A stretch of 23,803 nucleotides of DNA from the IMG/VR virus record IMGVR_UViG_2534682161_000021, positions 1 to 23,803 of that record. One strand, given 5' to 3'. The translations under genes were made by a program, and so were the position numbers. Shown here in pieces: positions 8,332 to 16,905 of this stretch. The DNA comes from a virus. Its lineage: Duplodnaviria; Heunggongvirae; Uroviricota; Caudoviricetes. The notes beneath the pieces were generated by a model. The model was given only the letters and a program-made list of their open reading frames with translations. It ran no database searches and was not told the DNA's origin. Numbering within the stretch: the first letter of the stretch is position 1; each line of letters begins with the position of its first letter.

Positions 8332-8610
8332 TTACCTCCAGATCCGTTGCTGGAATGTGCGGGACTGACGCGGTGGGCGTTCGGAATAAGGAAGCCTGAC
8401 GTAGATTATCCAGTGACGATAATCGGGGCTGAGGGCTTTCTTAATCTCGTATCCGCGTCTGCGGTAGCAATGAATTAACCATTCAGCCTGTTCTTCAGTG
8501 CATGGAGAATGCTGGAACCAGTCCGATTTGAATGCGTGAAAACGCCGTCCGCACCTGCTGGCAAAGACGGCAGAATCATCAGAATTGTGTAATTTGGTAT
8601 CGTGCGCCAT
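8332..8610 (-). CDS. small prophage protein at the rem position (hypothetical)
   Basis: ORF between hok and the ydfU-like gene; start chosen at the internal ATG (MAHDTKLHNSDD...). Assignment is by synteny only. Confidence 0.3.
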   Translation of the reverse strand: MAHDTKLHNSDDSAVFASRCGRRFHAFKSDWFQHSPCTEEQAEWLIHCYRRRGYEIKKALSPDYRHWIIYVRLPYSERPPRQSRTFQQRIWR

Positions 8611-8994
8611 CGGTTGTCTCTGCTGGCGCAGCAGGTGCCAGTTGTTCAGGCTGGCGTATAAAGTATAAATAAACTGGTTCCAGTGTAAAGCCCCTACATT
8701 AATGAAATAAAAATCAAACAACAGATTGCTGGGATAAAACACAACGCTTATTATTAAAAGCGATTAGATAAATTAAATTTTAATGTTATGCAAATTTGCC
8801 AGATCACCATAATATCTCGTTTGAAACCACCGAAATAACAACCATATCAATATTGATTATGTTAAAGCGAGTAAATATGGAAAACAACAAATCTGCACAT
8901 TACGCTCCTTTTTTATCTGTGATACTTTTTGTTTTATGCTGTGTGTGGGCATTATTTTTATAAAAATATTTACAGATAAAATAAACCCGCCGAA

Positions 8995-9225
8995 TCAAGT
9001 TAAGTGTGGGTGCATTGAGGATGCCTGACTCATCAGAGGTGGCGAGGGATTTCTCCCTCGCCTGGTCTCTAACTCCTCAGGTTCGTAAGCTGTGAAGACA
9101 GCGACCTCCGTTTGGCTGGTTCGGATTCGTACCTCACAGAGATCTTTCCTCGTTACCAGTGCCGTCACAATGACAGTTAAACAGATGACAATCAGGGCGA
9201 TTAACATCGCCTTATGCTGCTTCAT
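8995..9225 (-). CDS. hok: Hok/Gef-family type I toxin, HokD-like, with a C-terminal extension
   Basis: AAGGAG RBS then MKQHKAMLIALIVICLTVIVTALVTRKDLCEVRIRTSQTEVAVFTAYEPEE, nearly identical to the recalled HokD/RelF. The frame continues 25 codons because the codon after EPEE is TTA rather than a stop. Confidence 0.8.
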   Translation of the reverse strand: MKQHKAMLIALIVICLTVIVTALVTRKDLCEVRIRTSQTEVAVFTAYEPEELETRRGRNPSPPLMSQASSMHPHLT

Positions 9226-9810
9226 AGCCTGCTTCTCCTTGCCTTTCGGCACGTAAGAGGCTAACCTACGTGTGCAAGTCATAGATATGGCCTCAGATTA
9301 ATGTTAGGCGTCTTGCAGGACGCGTAATGTTAACTGGGGCTTTTCTCTATCTGCCGTTGGTATTCATGCCTGAGACAGATAGCCTCAAGCACCCGCAGCA
9401 ATCCTACTTAACTCCCGTCACCTCGCCAATATAAAATCAATCAGAAAGGCGATCCATAAGAACAACAGCAAGACAATAAATTGCCATTACAGCCGCAATA
9501 GCGAGCGCACATTTGAGAACCAGCACGACAACCTCCTGTATTGGACGTACACCAGTCCTGATAAATATGAGGCTGTCTCATCATTGATTCAATAAAACTA
9601 TTGGGAATAGTTTCTGTGATTTTGTTCTGTAGAAATGGAACACAACAACCAGTCACCACCAGCACTTCTTTAAAAACGCCAAGTCCGACGCAAGCTAACC
9701 TTCTAGTCCGCTTTGAACGATGAGCGGAAATTGACATATCTGTTAAAGTGAATGGTTCGTTTTGCAGGGATACTTACACTGCCCCCTGTCAAAATGATAT
9801 ACCGAAGAAT

Positions 9811-9815
9811 AAGAG
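9811..9815. repeat. IS2 target-site duplication, left copy (AAGAG)
   Basis: AAGAG immediately flanks both IS2 ends. Confidence 0.85.
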
Positions 9816-9906
9816 TAGACTGGCCCCCTGAATCTCCAGACAACCAGTATCACTTAAATAAGTGATAGTCTTAATACTAGTTTTTAGACTAGTCATTGGA
9901 GAACAG

Positions 9907-10272
9907 ATGATTGATGTCTTAGGGCCGGAGAAACGCAGACGGCGTACCACACAGGAAAAGATCGCAATTGTTCAGCAGAGCTTTGAACCGGGGATGACGG
10001 TCTCCCTCGTTGCCCGGCAACATGGTGTAGCAGCCAGCCAGTTATTTCTCTGGCGTAAGCAATACCAGGAAGGAAGTCTTACTGCTGTCGCCGCCGGAGA
10101 ACAGGTTGTTCCTGCCTCTGAACTTGCTGCCGCCATGAAGCAGATTAAAGAACTCCAGCGCCTGCTCGGCAAGAAAACGATGGAAAATGAACTCCTCAAA
10201 GAAGCCGTTGAATATGGACGGGCAAAAAAGTGGATAGCGCACGCGCCCTTATTGCCCGGGGATGGGGAGTAA
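9907..10272 (+). CDS. insC: IS2 transposase OrfA (InsC)
   Basis: [56 protein letters not shown]... with an HTH domain; the track start at 9862 is an upstream extension. Confidence 0.9.
10224..10230 (+). promoter_or_regulatory. AAAAAAG slippery heptamer for programmed -1 frameshifting (insC to insD)
   Basis: A6G motif at the insC/insD overlap, the standard IS3-family frameshift signal. Confidence 0.6.
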
Positions 10273-11135
10273 GCTTAGTCAGCCGTTGTCTCCGGGTGTC
10301 GCGTGCGCAGTTGCACGTCATTCTCAGACGAACCGATGACTGGATGGATGGCCGCCGCAGTCGTCACACTGATGATACGGATGTGCTTCTCCGTATACAC
10401 CATGTTATCGGAGAGCTGCCCACGTATGGTTATCGTCGGGTATGGGCGCTGCTTCGCAGACAGGCAGAACTTGATGGTATGCCTGCGATCAATGCCAAAC
10501 GTGTTTACCGGATCATGCGCCAGAATGCGCTGTTGCTTGAGCGAAAACCTGCTGTACCGCCATCGAAACGGGCACATACAGGCAGAGTGGCCGTGAAAGA
10601 AAGCAATCAGCGATGGTGCTCTGACGGGTTCGAGTTCTGCTGTGATAACGGAGAGAGACTGCGTGTCACGTTCGCGCTGGACTGCTGTGATCGTGAGGCA
10701 CTGCACTGGGCGGTGACTACTGGCGGCTTCAACAGTGAAACAGTACAGGACGTCATGCTGGGAGCGGTGGAACGCCGCTTCGGCAACGATCTTCCGTCGT
10801 CTCCAGTGGAGTGGCTGACGGATAATGGTTCATGCTACCGGGCTAATGAAACACGCCAGTTCGCCCGGATGTTGGGACTTGAACCGAAGAACACGGCGGT
10901 GCGGAGTCCGGAGAGTAACGGAATAGCAGAGAGCTTCGTGAAAACGATAAAGCGTGACTACATCAGTATCATGCCCAAACCAGACGGGTTAACGGCAGCA
11001 AAGAACCTTGCAGAGGCGTTCGAGCATTATAACGAATGGCATCCGCATAGTGCGCTGGGTTATCGCTCGCCACGGGAATATCTGCGGCAGCGGGCTTGTA
11101 ATGGGTTAAGTGATAACAGATGTCTGGAAATATAG
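10230..11135 (+). CDS. insD: IS2 transposase OrfB (InsD), DDE catalytic domain
   Basis: 301-aa frame overlapping insC in the -1 frame; recalled InsD sequence. Confidence 0.9.
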
Positions 11136-11146
11136 GGGCAAATCCA

Positions 11147-11151
11147 AAGAG
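11147..11151. repeat. IS2 target-site duplication, right copy (AAGAG)
   Basis: Identical to 9811-9815. Confidence 0.85.
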
Positions 11152-11188
11152 TTCTTCTTCAAGAACAACAAAAAGAGATCATTCCAGC

Positions 11189-11422
11189 ATGCTGGAAACG
11201 CAGCGTGTAATGATGACGGATAAGACTCTGGCGCATTCCATGACAGCGGCAAAGGCCATAGCAGCCAATCAGATAGCTAGAATAGCCGCGAGGAAGGAAA
11301 GCCACCAGCAAAATGAAGCCATCGAGCGCTTGCGCGTAAATACGCGAATCTTAAACGGCGCAGAGATGCAGATTTACCCGCAACTGGCGACTTCAGCAAT
11401 GAACCGCATACAGACCGAGTAA
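11189..11422 (+). CDS. small helical hypothetical protein (77 aa), first gene of the plus-strand accessory module
   Basis: First ATG after the IS2 right end (the track ORF starts inside IS2); Ala/Gln-rich and helical (MLETQRVMMTDKTLAHSMTAAKAIAANQIARIAARKESHQQNEAIERLRV...). Confidence 0.3.
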   Translation: MLETQRVMMTDKTLAHSMTAAKAIAANQIARIAARKESHQQNEAIERLRVNTRILNGAEMQIYPQLATSAMNRIQTE

Positions 11423-11586
11423 GTGATGCGCTGGATGCCGTATTGAAAAGACAGCCAGAAAAGCGGTATTGGGTTCCAGAGGGTTTTAGAGGTTAAAGCG
11501 CTCACAAATCTAGCTAATTTGTAACCATCTTTAAACGTTTATGATATTGTTAAATAAAACTAAAACTACCACGGCATGATTTACCG

Positions 11587-12285
11587 ATGAAAAAAGAACT
11601 TGAAACCATACTGCCTGAGTTTGGTGAGGCAATTCGCCCTTACGTTTATAGTTACGTAACAGCAAACAAAAATGCCAATGCCAAGCACGTCCTGTTTATG
11701 GCTGGTTCGCCTGCTGCAGGTAAAACCGAGCTCTTAAATCGTCTTTTAGAACAACATGGCATCACAAACATTGTTCGAATTGATGCTGATGATTTTCGCT
11801 GGTGGTTCCCCTACTACAATGAAGAGAACTCTGTGGACTATCAGAGACCTGCCTCCAGAATGGTCGATTTTATCTACAAAAAAGCGCTATCTGAAGGCTA
11901 TCCCATTGTTATGGACTCTACTTTCTCCAGTATAGGTATTGCGGAGAGAAACTTTGATCTGGCCCTGAAGGCTGGTTATCAGGTAGCACTGAATTACGTC
12001 TATTTTGATCCGGCTTACGCGTGGGTTTTTGCCCAAGCCCGCTCTCGTAAGGTTCCGTTAGAGGTTCTTAAAGCGAACTTTTTCAAGAGCAGAGAGACCA
12101 TTGAACATATGCTCGCGAAATATGCAGGCCTATTTACACTCAATGTTTATCATCGACGGGAAGATCCTGAAAATGATGGTCAGTTCGTGGTCGACTATAC
12201 TCCTAACGTGACCCTTGAAAACTGGACTACCTCCCATAGCTGCCCATATTCAGACGTTAGCGATCTAGCGCATTTAGGTGTATAA
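11587..12285 (+). CDS. zeta-toxin-like P-loop kinase
   Basis: Walker A MAGSPAAGKTEL, followed by RIDADDFR and then MDSTF, the arrangement of zeta/PezT-type kinases. Confidence 0.6.
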   Translation: MKKELETILPEFGEAIRPYVYSYVTANKNANAKHVLFMAGSPAAGKTELLNRLLEQHGITNIVRIDADDFRWWFPYYNEENSVDYQRPASRMVDFIYKKALSEGYPIVMDSTFSSIGIAERNFDLALKAGYQVALNYVYFDPAYAWVFAQARSRKVPLEVLKANFFKSRETIEHMLAKYAGLFTLNVYHRREDPENDGQFVVDYTPNVTLENWTTSHSCPYSDVSDLAHLGV

Positions 12286-12310
12286 TAAGTGTCCTATCTA
12301 AGGAGTGTAT

Positions 12311-12937
12311 ATGTCTGTTAAAACTGAAGCCATTAAACCAGCTGCTGAAATTTCGTTGTTCGATGCATTCGGACCTAACGTGAGCGAGCGGGTACAAGCC
12401 ATCAACCGGAAGGCCGCTGAGCTTTCTATGGCTGATATGGCTCAGGTAATGGACGTGACATTATCGTCTAGGAAGAAACTGGAAGTAACTGCTGAGAGCA
12501 AATATATTCTCGATTTGCCTCAATGGCTAGAAGTCAATGCACGGAAACCTGGAGTTTCTTTTGACATGAAAGCATACACTTCTGTTGAAGTTAACAAGAT
12601 GCATGTTCCTGACTTTCGCCAGTTCCTTCCTGTAGGTGCAAATATGTTGCATACCTATTCACCAATCGGTAAAACGGGCCTGCAAGGAATTCATGATTAT
12701 TTAATCGGTGCTGTTTCATCTAAACTTCATCACTTGCAAGGTGTCGGAGTTGATGAGGGCACGTTTAAAATACTTATCCGCTATGAAGATGCTAAAACGG
12801 GTGCTCCCCGCAATGATATAGTTGAAGCTGAGTCGACAATTAGCCCAAGTTCTTTCACTAGGCTCAAGCCCCGTGTGAAAAAACTTCGCAGAAAAGGTCA
12901 TGAAATGGCGATGCATGCACTAATTGCCAAAAAATAG
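12311..12937 (+). CDS. hypothetical protein (208 aa), co-transcribed with the zeta-like kinase
   Basis: AAGGAG 5 nt upstream of ATG 12311 (the track start at 12305 is GTG); 25-bp gap after the kinase; followed by a terminator; no family recognised. Confidence 0.5.
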   Translation: MSVKTEAIKPAAEISLFDAFGPNVSERVQAINRKAAELSMADMAQVMDVTLSSRKKLEVTAESKYILDLPQWLEVNARKPGVSFDMKAYTSVEVNKMHVPDFRQFLPVGANMLHTYSPIGKTGLQGIHDYLIGAVSSKLHHLQGVGVDEGTFKILIRYEDAKTGAPRNDIVEAESTISPSSFTRLKPRVKKLRRKGHEMAMHALIAKK

Positions 12938-12949
12938 TAAGCCCTTAAC

Positions 12950-12980
12950 AAAACCTCACTCGATTGTGAGGTTTTTGCTT
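12950..12980 (+). terminator. rho-independent terminator ending the accessory operon
   Basis: AAACCTCAC-tcgatt-GTGAGGTTT followed by a T-rich tract (TTGCTTTCT). Confidence 0.55.
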
Positions 12981-13475
12981 TCTGGCGTTCTAAAAGTCAA
13001 TCACTCCAGCTCACCAGCGCGGTTAATCTCTAAAACCGATTTAGTTTTCGGCATAGTGCCCTTCGTCGTCTCTTTCTGCGTACATCAAACAACATCTACG
13101 GCCCATAGCGGATCACCATCAGCATGCAGCCACTGACTGGTTAAAGTCTCCTTTTCGTTTATCTTAGCAAGCTGGTACTGCGTGTGGATCCCGCCCATTT
13201 CTGCATACTGTCGAAAATCGATGAGATGGCCAGTCGTGTTTGTTATTGGTCTATTTTTGAAAACAACTATCAATGCTATTGGTCTGTTCTTCGTTAATTA
13301 ATATGCAATCCTTTCATGACACAGGGCTACTGTTACAGCCCTGACAACCTTAGACTTCAATCGATTCAGAGATCTCTAACGCATCATCGCCCCGTTGAAC
13401 TCACAGCGATAAGTAGACGCTGGCGGCAATAACACAGAAGTATAGCGGGAATTTGAACCACATAATTTATGTTTG

Positions 13476-13928
13476 TTAGATGGCTTTGCTTCGATATTCA
13501 ATTTCTAAAATCGCCTTTGTCATTGCCGCAATAGTTATAGCTTCTACCATAGTTAATTCAGGCCTGTTCAAGCTTCCGTGTCCAGCAGTAGGTAGTTTGT
13601 TGCGTAAATCATAAATATCTTTAACAATATCAATAAGATTCTTAGGTAATTTTGACATTTTTTCGAACTGTTTAAAAAAACCACCCAATGACTCATTTGC
13701 CACATTCGGGTTTTGAGTGATTTCCTTCGCCATAGTTTCTAGAATATTAGAGGCTGCGTGCAGTGCACCCGCAGGGTCATTATTATCCAAGCAATTATTC
13801 ATTCTATCTATTTGCTGAATGATATTTGGATGCAATCTCTTTAAGTAATCACTAGCCAATTCTTCATTGAAGTTTTTGACACTTTCAAAAACATCGCAAT
13901 CTAAATAAAATTTAGGATTGACTGACAT
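13476..13928 (-). CDS. hypothetical protein (150 aa); downstream half of a frame split by an in-frame TAG
   Basis: Very AT-rich; same frame as 13998-14342 with only one stop codon between them; C-terminal R-x7-H (RNKLPTAGH) vaguely HEPN-like. Confidence 0.4.
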   Translation of the reverse strand: MSVNPKFYLDCDVFESVKNFNEELASDYLKRLHPNIIQQIDRMNNCLDNNDPAGALHAASNILETMAKEITQNPNVANESLGGFFKQFEKMSKLPKNLIDIVKDIYDLRNKLPTAGHGSLNRPELTMVEAITIAAMTKAILEIEYRSKAI

Positions 13929-13997
13929 CCATGTATATTTCCAATCATTTTCTAAATTATCTTTTTCCGCACTACGCCTGCCAGTATCCTGATCTAT

Positions 13998-14342
13998 CTA
14001 ATCAACATATTTACACATATAATCGGCGTAATAGTGTAAATATCTAAATGATATTTCTGGGCAAAAATTACTAACTGATGCAAGGCCGCCATATTCTTTT
14101 GTAGTAACTGTTGGGACTTCTTCATCACATAAATATGAGAAACTAGTTCTTTCCCCAAATTCGCCCAACTCTTTTTCTTTCCTAGTTGCCATACCAGCTA
14201 TCATATTGATGCTTGAGAGCAAAACTACACTCTGATAGTACCGAGGACATCTGTATGAACTAGCATATGGGCATTTTGATGATGCTTTACGATTAATACG
14301 CTCTTTTTCCCACCAATTTTTATCAGGAATAATTCTTTGCAT
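13998..14342 (-). CDS. hypothetical Cys-rich protein (114 aa); upstream half of the split frame
   Basis: Ends at TAG 14000-13998; the next 23 codons are open and in frame with the ATG at 13928. Confidence 0.4.
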   Translation of the reverse strand: MQRIIPDKNWWEKERINRKASSKCPYASSYRCPRYYQSVVLLSSINMIAGMATRKEKELGEFGERTSFSYLCDEEVPTVTTKEYGGLASVSNFCPEISFRYLHYYADYMCKYVD

Positions 14343-14806
14343 AATTTATGCTACTATCTCACGAGTGAATGAATGTTTAGCCTTCTGCACAGTTTATCAG
14401 TTCCGGCATACCTACTGCTACCCCACTGATTCAACTTTAAGTTATGGATTAAAGCGATTCGGTTTCGCTAGATGACACACTAGTGTTAACTTATGGATAA
14501 AAATTTATCACTTAAAATTAACTAATGACTGTAGCGACCAAAAGTGTGCCAGAATGTTATTTTCGTCTGGCCTATTATCAATCTAATTACCCAAATTAAA
14601 GTTACTCTCCTTCATCAGCAAAAAATAAATACGCCTGTTCACTTTCTCAAAGTGTTCCTGTGTTATTTTTAAAGTTAACAACGCCGTCTATTCGTCCAAA
14701 TGTACAACAAACATCAGACTCTGGCACAACGCTGACAATGAGAATAGTTCTAGCCCTGTGCCACAGAAATGTCAATTCACATATGTATTAATGCTCTTTA
14801 ATCTCG

Positions 14807-15229
14807 TCACTTCAATAAATAGCGAACATTTCCCTGATAAAATGCCAACACTCGCTGCATTACTTCACTTTCCAGACACTCGCGACAAACCATGTTATGG
14901 CGACTATCGTAGCGACGAATTTCTCCGTCAGGTAATGACCAGATAAGGTCCGGATCAACCATAGACGGTTTCTTCCCCTTTGCCCTCGATAGTTTTTTGC
15001 GGGCGTTTTGCCAGTCCTTACGAGCCTGTTCTGACGGGAATAACCCATAGCCAGAGTTGTATACATCGCCACTGGCAACCAGCTCCCAGGCAAGAACGCT
15101 AATCAGATATCTTGTCGCACCTGTTTTAGCTTCCAGCTGTCGTAACGTCTCGCGCCCACTCTGGCGTACGAGTGCAACAACCTGTCCCTTAATTTTTTCC
15201 CGCTCTTCTTGTGTAAAAACTTTTGCCAC
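14807..15229 (-). CDS. hypothetical protein (140 aa) directly downstream of the O-like initiator
   Basis: GTG start with AGGAGG 5 nt upstream; sits where a helicase loader would be but has no recognisable DnaC or lambda-P features. Confidence 0.45.
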   Translation of the reverse strand: MAKVFTQEEREKIKGQVVALVRQSGRETLRQLEAKTGATRYLISVLAWELVASGDVYNSGYGLFPSEQARKDWQNARKKLSRAKGKKPSMVDPDLIWSLPDGEIRRYDSRHNMVCRECLESEVMQRVLAFYQGNVRYLLK

Positions 15230-15269
15230 AAGTCCTCCTGAAAATTACCTCATGATCTGAAATCAATAC

Positions 15270-16232
15270 CTACCCCCTGAACCCTGGTGGAATTTCGGTG
15301 TCAGGTTCAGAAATATGATTCACACAACGCTGTACAGGCGAACGCCCCAGACGGATAACCAGCTCATCCCATTTATCGCGAAGTTTTGACGGGCTCATGA
15401 TGTTTTTTACCCAGAATGGATCCCGCTGTACCCGACCAAACATTTCGCAGATTTGTCTGTGAGTTCTGCCATCCAGCATCCGCATTATGCGCACGTCATT
15501 GGCCCATGCTGTCCAGTTGGGTTCTTTCGGTCGGGTGATCTCGCCATCATCGCTGGCGGCCTGTTCGTAAAGACTCACGATTCGCCCCCAGATCCACTGT
15601 GCGCATGCCAAATCCTCCTGAGTTCCCCACTGACGTTTTTTTGCACTAAACACAACCGCATCAGGATGTCGGGTTAAAAAATCCTGTTCAGCCGTCTGCG
15701 GGTCCGGTTGCGAAGCTTCCGGACGAAAAGATCTTTTATCTGACGGATCAGGTTTTAATACTGACGGATCGGGGCCAACCATCGCCCCCCTAACCGGCTG
15801 TTTTTTACCAACGGTTGATCCATCAAAATTTGACGGGTCAACCGTTGAGGGGGCAATATTTGACTGGTCAACTGTTAACGGGTCATTTTTTGCCGGGCTA
15901 ATTTTTCTTTTCGGTTTATATGCCTCACGCGCCGCCTCAGCTGCTGCTTCGAGTTTTTCCACATTAAGGCGGTAGATATTGCTTTCATTACGCCCACCGA
16001 CCTTACGCTCCTCCTTCGTCAGCCAGCCGTTCTTTTCCAGTTCCGCTATCGCCGCTTTAACCGTTGATTCACTCTTTGCCCCAATCTGACGACGAATGGT
16101 CTCCACTGCAGGCCATGACACACCTTCGTCATTGCTGTAGTCTGCAAGGCGAGCCATTACTGCCACCCTGGATAAGATCATGCCGGTGAAGGCGCACCCT
16201 TCCCAGACAAGACCATGAAGCTTGCTGCTCAT
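15270..16232 (-). CDS. replication initiator (lambda O-like), ori iterons embedded in the gene
   Basis: N-terminal HTH-like region, a central repeated peptide (PLTVDQ / PSTVDPS / GSTVGK) encoded by DNA iterons, then a C-terminal domain; position after cro and the CII-like gene. Confidence 0.6.
   Translation of the reverse strand: MSSKLHGLVWEGCAFTGMILSRVAVMARLADYSNDEGVSWPAVETIRRQIGAKSESTVKAAIAELEKNGWLTKEERKVGGRNESNIYRLNVEKLEAAAEAAREAYKPKRKISPAKNDPLTVDQSNIAPSTVDPSNFDGSTVGKKQPVRGAMVGPDPSVLKPDPSDKRSFRPEASQPDPQTAEQDFLTRHPDAVVFSAKKRQWGTQEDLACAQWIWGRIVSLYEQAASDDGEITRPKEPNWTAWANDVRIMRMLDGRTHRQICEMFGRVQRDPFWVKNIMSPSKLRDKWDELVIRLGRSPVQRCVNHISEPDTEIPPGFRG
15741..15915. repeat. iteron array (about 6 copies of TGAC(G/T)G(A/G)TCA) plus AT-rich tract: candidate origin
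   Basis: TGACGGATCA twice (15741, 15762), TTGATCCATCA, TGACGGGTCA (15831), TGACTGGTCA (15861), ACGGGTCA (15878), then TTTTTTGCCGGGCTAATTTTTCTTTTCGG. Confidence 0.5.
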
Positions 16233-16255
16233 AAAAAACCCCGAACACCGTGCTT

Positions 16256-16681
16256 TTAGTGCATCACCACAGCATTTCCTGCCGGGCCACCACGATTCAT
16301 CTGATTGAAACCGGCGATTGCCACTGCGACAAAATCATCAGCGTCTCTCACCAGTCGTTCCCGCGTCTCCACCAACTCCCGAAAATAGGCTGAACTGTGG
16401 CTGCGCATCCGGGCCACCAGCAGAGGTGGCATTGCTTTTTCGATTGCTGGTAACAACGCCTGAATTTTTTCAACCGCATCAGTGGTGTCTTTCTCCACCC
16501 AGCGGAAAATTTTCTGAGTATTACGAACCAGGGCTTCTGGATGGCTGTCGTCGTACAGTTCCGGGGACGTCATTCCCAGTTCGAAATAAGCCCTGGTTAT
16601 CTTGGCCGCCGGAACTTTTTCACCATCCGGACGCGCCCAGGCATTCATAGCCATGCGGATGTGTTCATGCTTGATTTTCAT
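16256..16681 (-). CDS. YdaT-like (CII-like) prophage regulator
   Basis: Starts MKIKHEHI as recalled for Rac YdaT; ATGA overlap with the cro-like gene. Confidence 0.55.
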   Translation of the reverse strand: MKIKHEHIRMAMNAWARPDGEKVPAAKITRAYFELGMTSPELYDDSHPEALVRNTQKIFRWVEKDTTDAVEKIQALLPAIEKAMPPLLVARMRSHSSAYFRELVETRERLVRDADDFVAVAIAGFNQMNRGGPAGNAVVMH

Positions 16682-16905
16682 GAATCATTCTTTCCTTCGT
16701 TCAAGGTGTTATCCTTCTTTTTGTAAAGTTCTGGGTTCAAAGATAATTTTCCCTTGGAGTATGCGGCAGCTTCCGCGGCCCTCCCCTTGGGAACTATTTC
16801 ACCAGGACGTTTGCGCCACATGTATATAGCTTCACGGGTTATCCCATAAAAATCGGCAACTCTCTGAACAGAGCCAAAAAACTGGACAAGTTCATCAACT
16901 CGCAT
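16678..16905 (-). CDS. Cro-like (YdaS-like) HTH regulator
   Basis: AGGAGG RBS; HTH pattern VQRVADFYGITREAIYMW resembles P22 Cro/YdaS; divergent from the cI-like gene. Confidence 0.6.
   Translation of the reverse strand: MRVDELVQFFGSVQRVADFYGITREAIYMWRKRPGEIVPKGRAAEAAAYSKGKLSLNPELYKKKDNTLNEGKNDS

Larger units (their letters stand above)
9816..11146 (+). mobile_element. IS2 (IS3 family), complete 1331-bp copy
   Basis: Left end TAGACTGGCCCCCTGAATCTCCAGACAACC, right end ...GGAAATATAGGGGCAAATCCA, exactly 1331 bp, insC/insD reading frames and 5-bp direct repeats. Confidence 0.9.

Noticed and set aside
8877-8963. 28-aa hydrophobic peptide ORF (MENNKSAHYAPFLSVILFVLCCVWALFL) on the plus strand between rem-like and hok
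   Set aside because: It resembles a type I toxin peptide, but the hydrophobicity is what T-rich DNA gives by chance (TTT/TTA/CTT codons) and the RBS is weak. Worth a tblastn check but not supportable as a gene here.
9441-9737. 98-aa Cys-rich minus-strand ORF upstream of hok
   Set aside because: No RBS and an implausible composition; it lies where the hok leader would be. No relE/relB-like sequence was recognised here either.
13085-13273. 62-aa minus-strand ORF, and a hairpin near 13318-13350
   Set aside because: No RBS or recognisable family; possibly a remnant at the boundary of the accessory insertion. The hairpin (CAGGGCT/AGCCCTG) has no U-tract on either strand.
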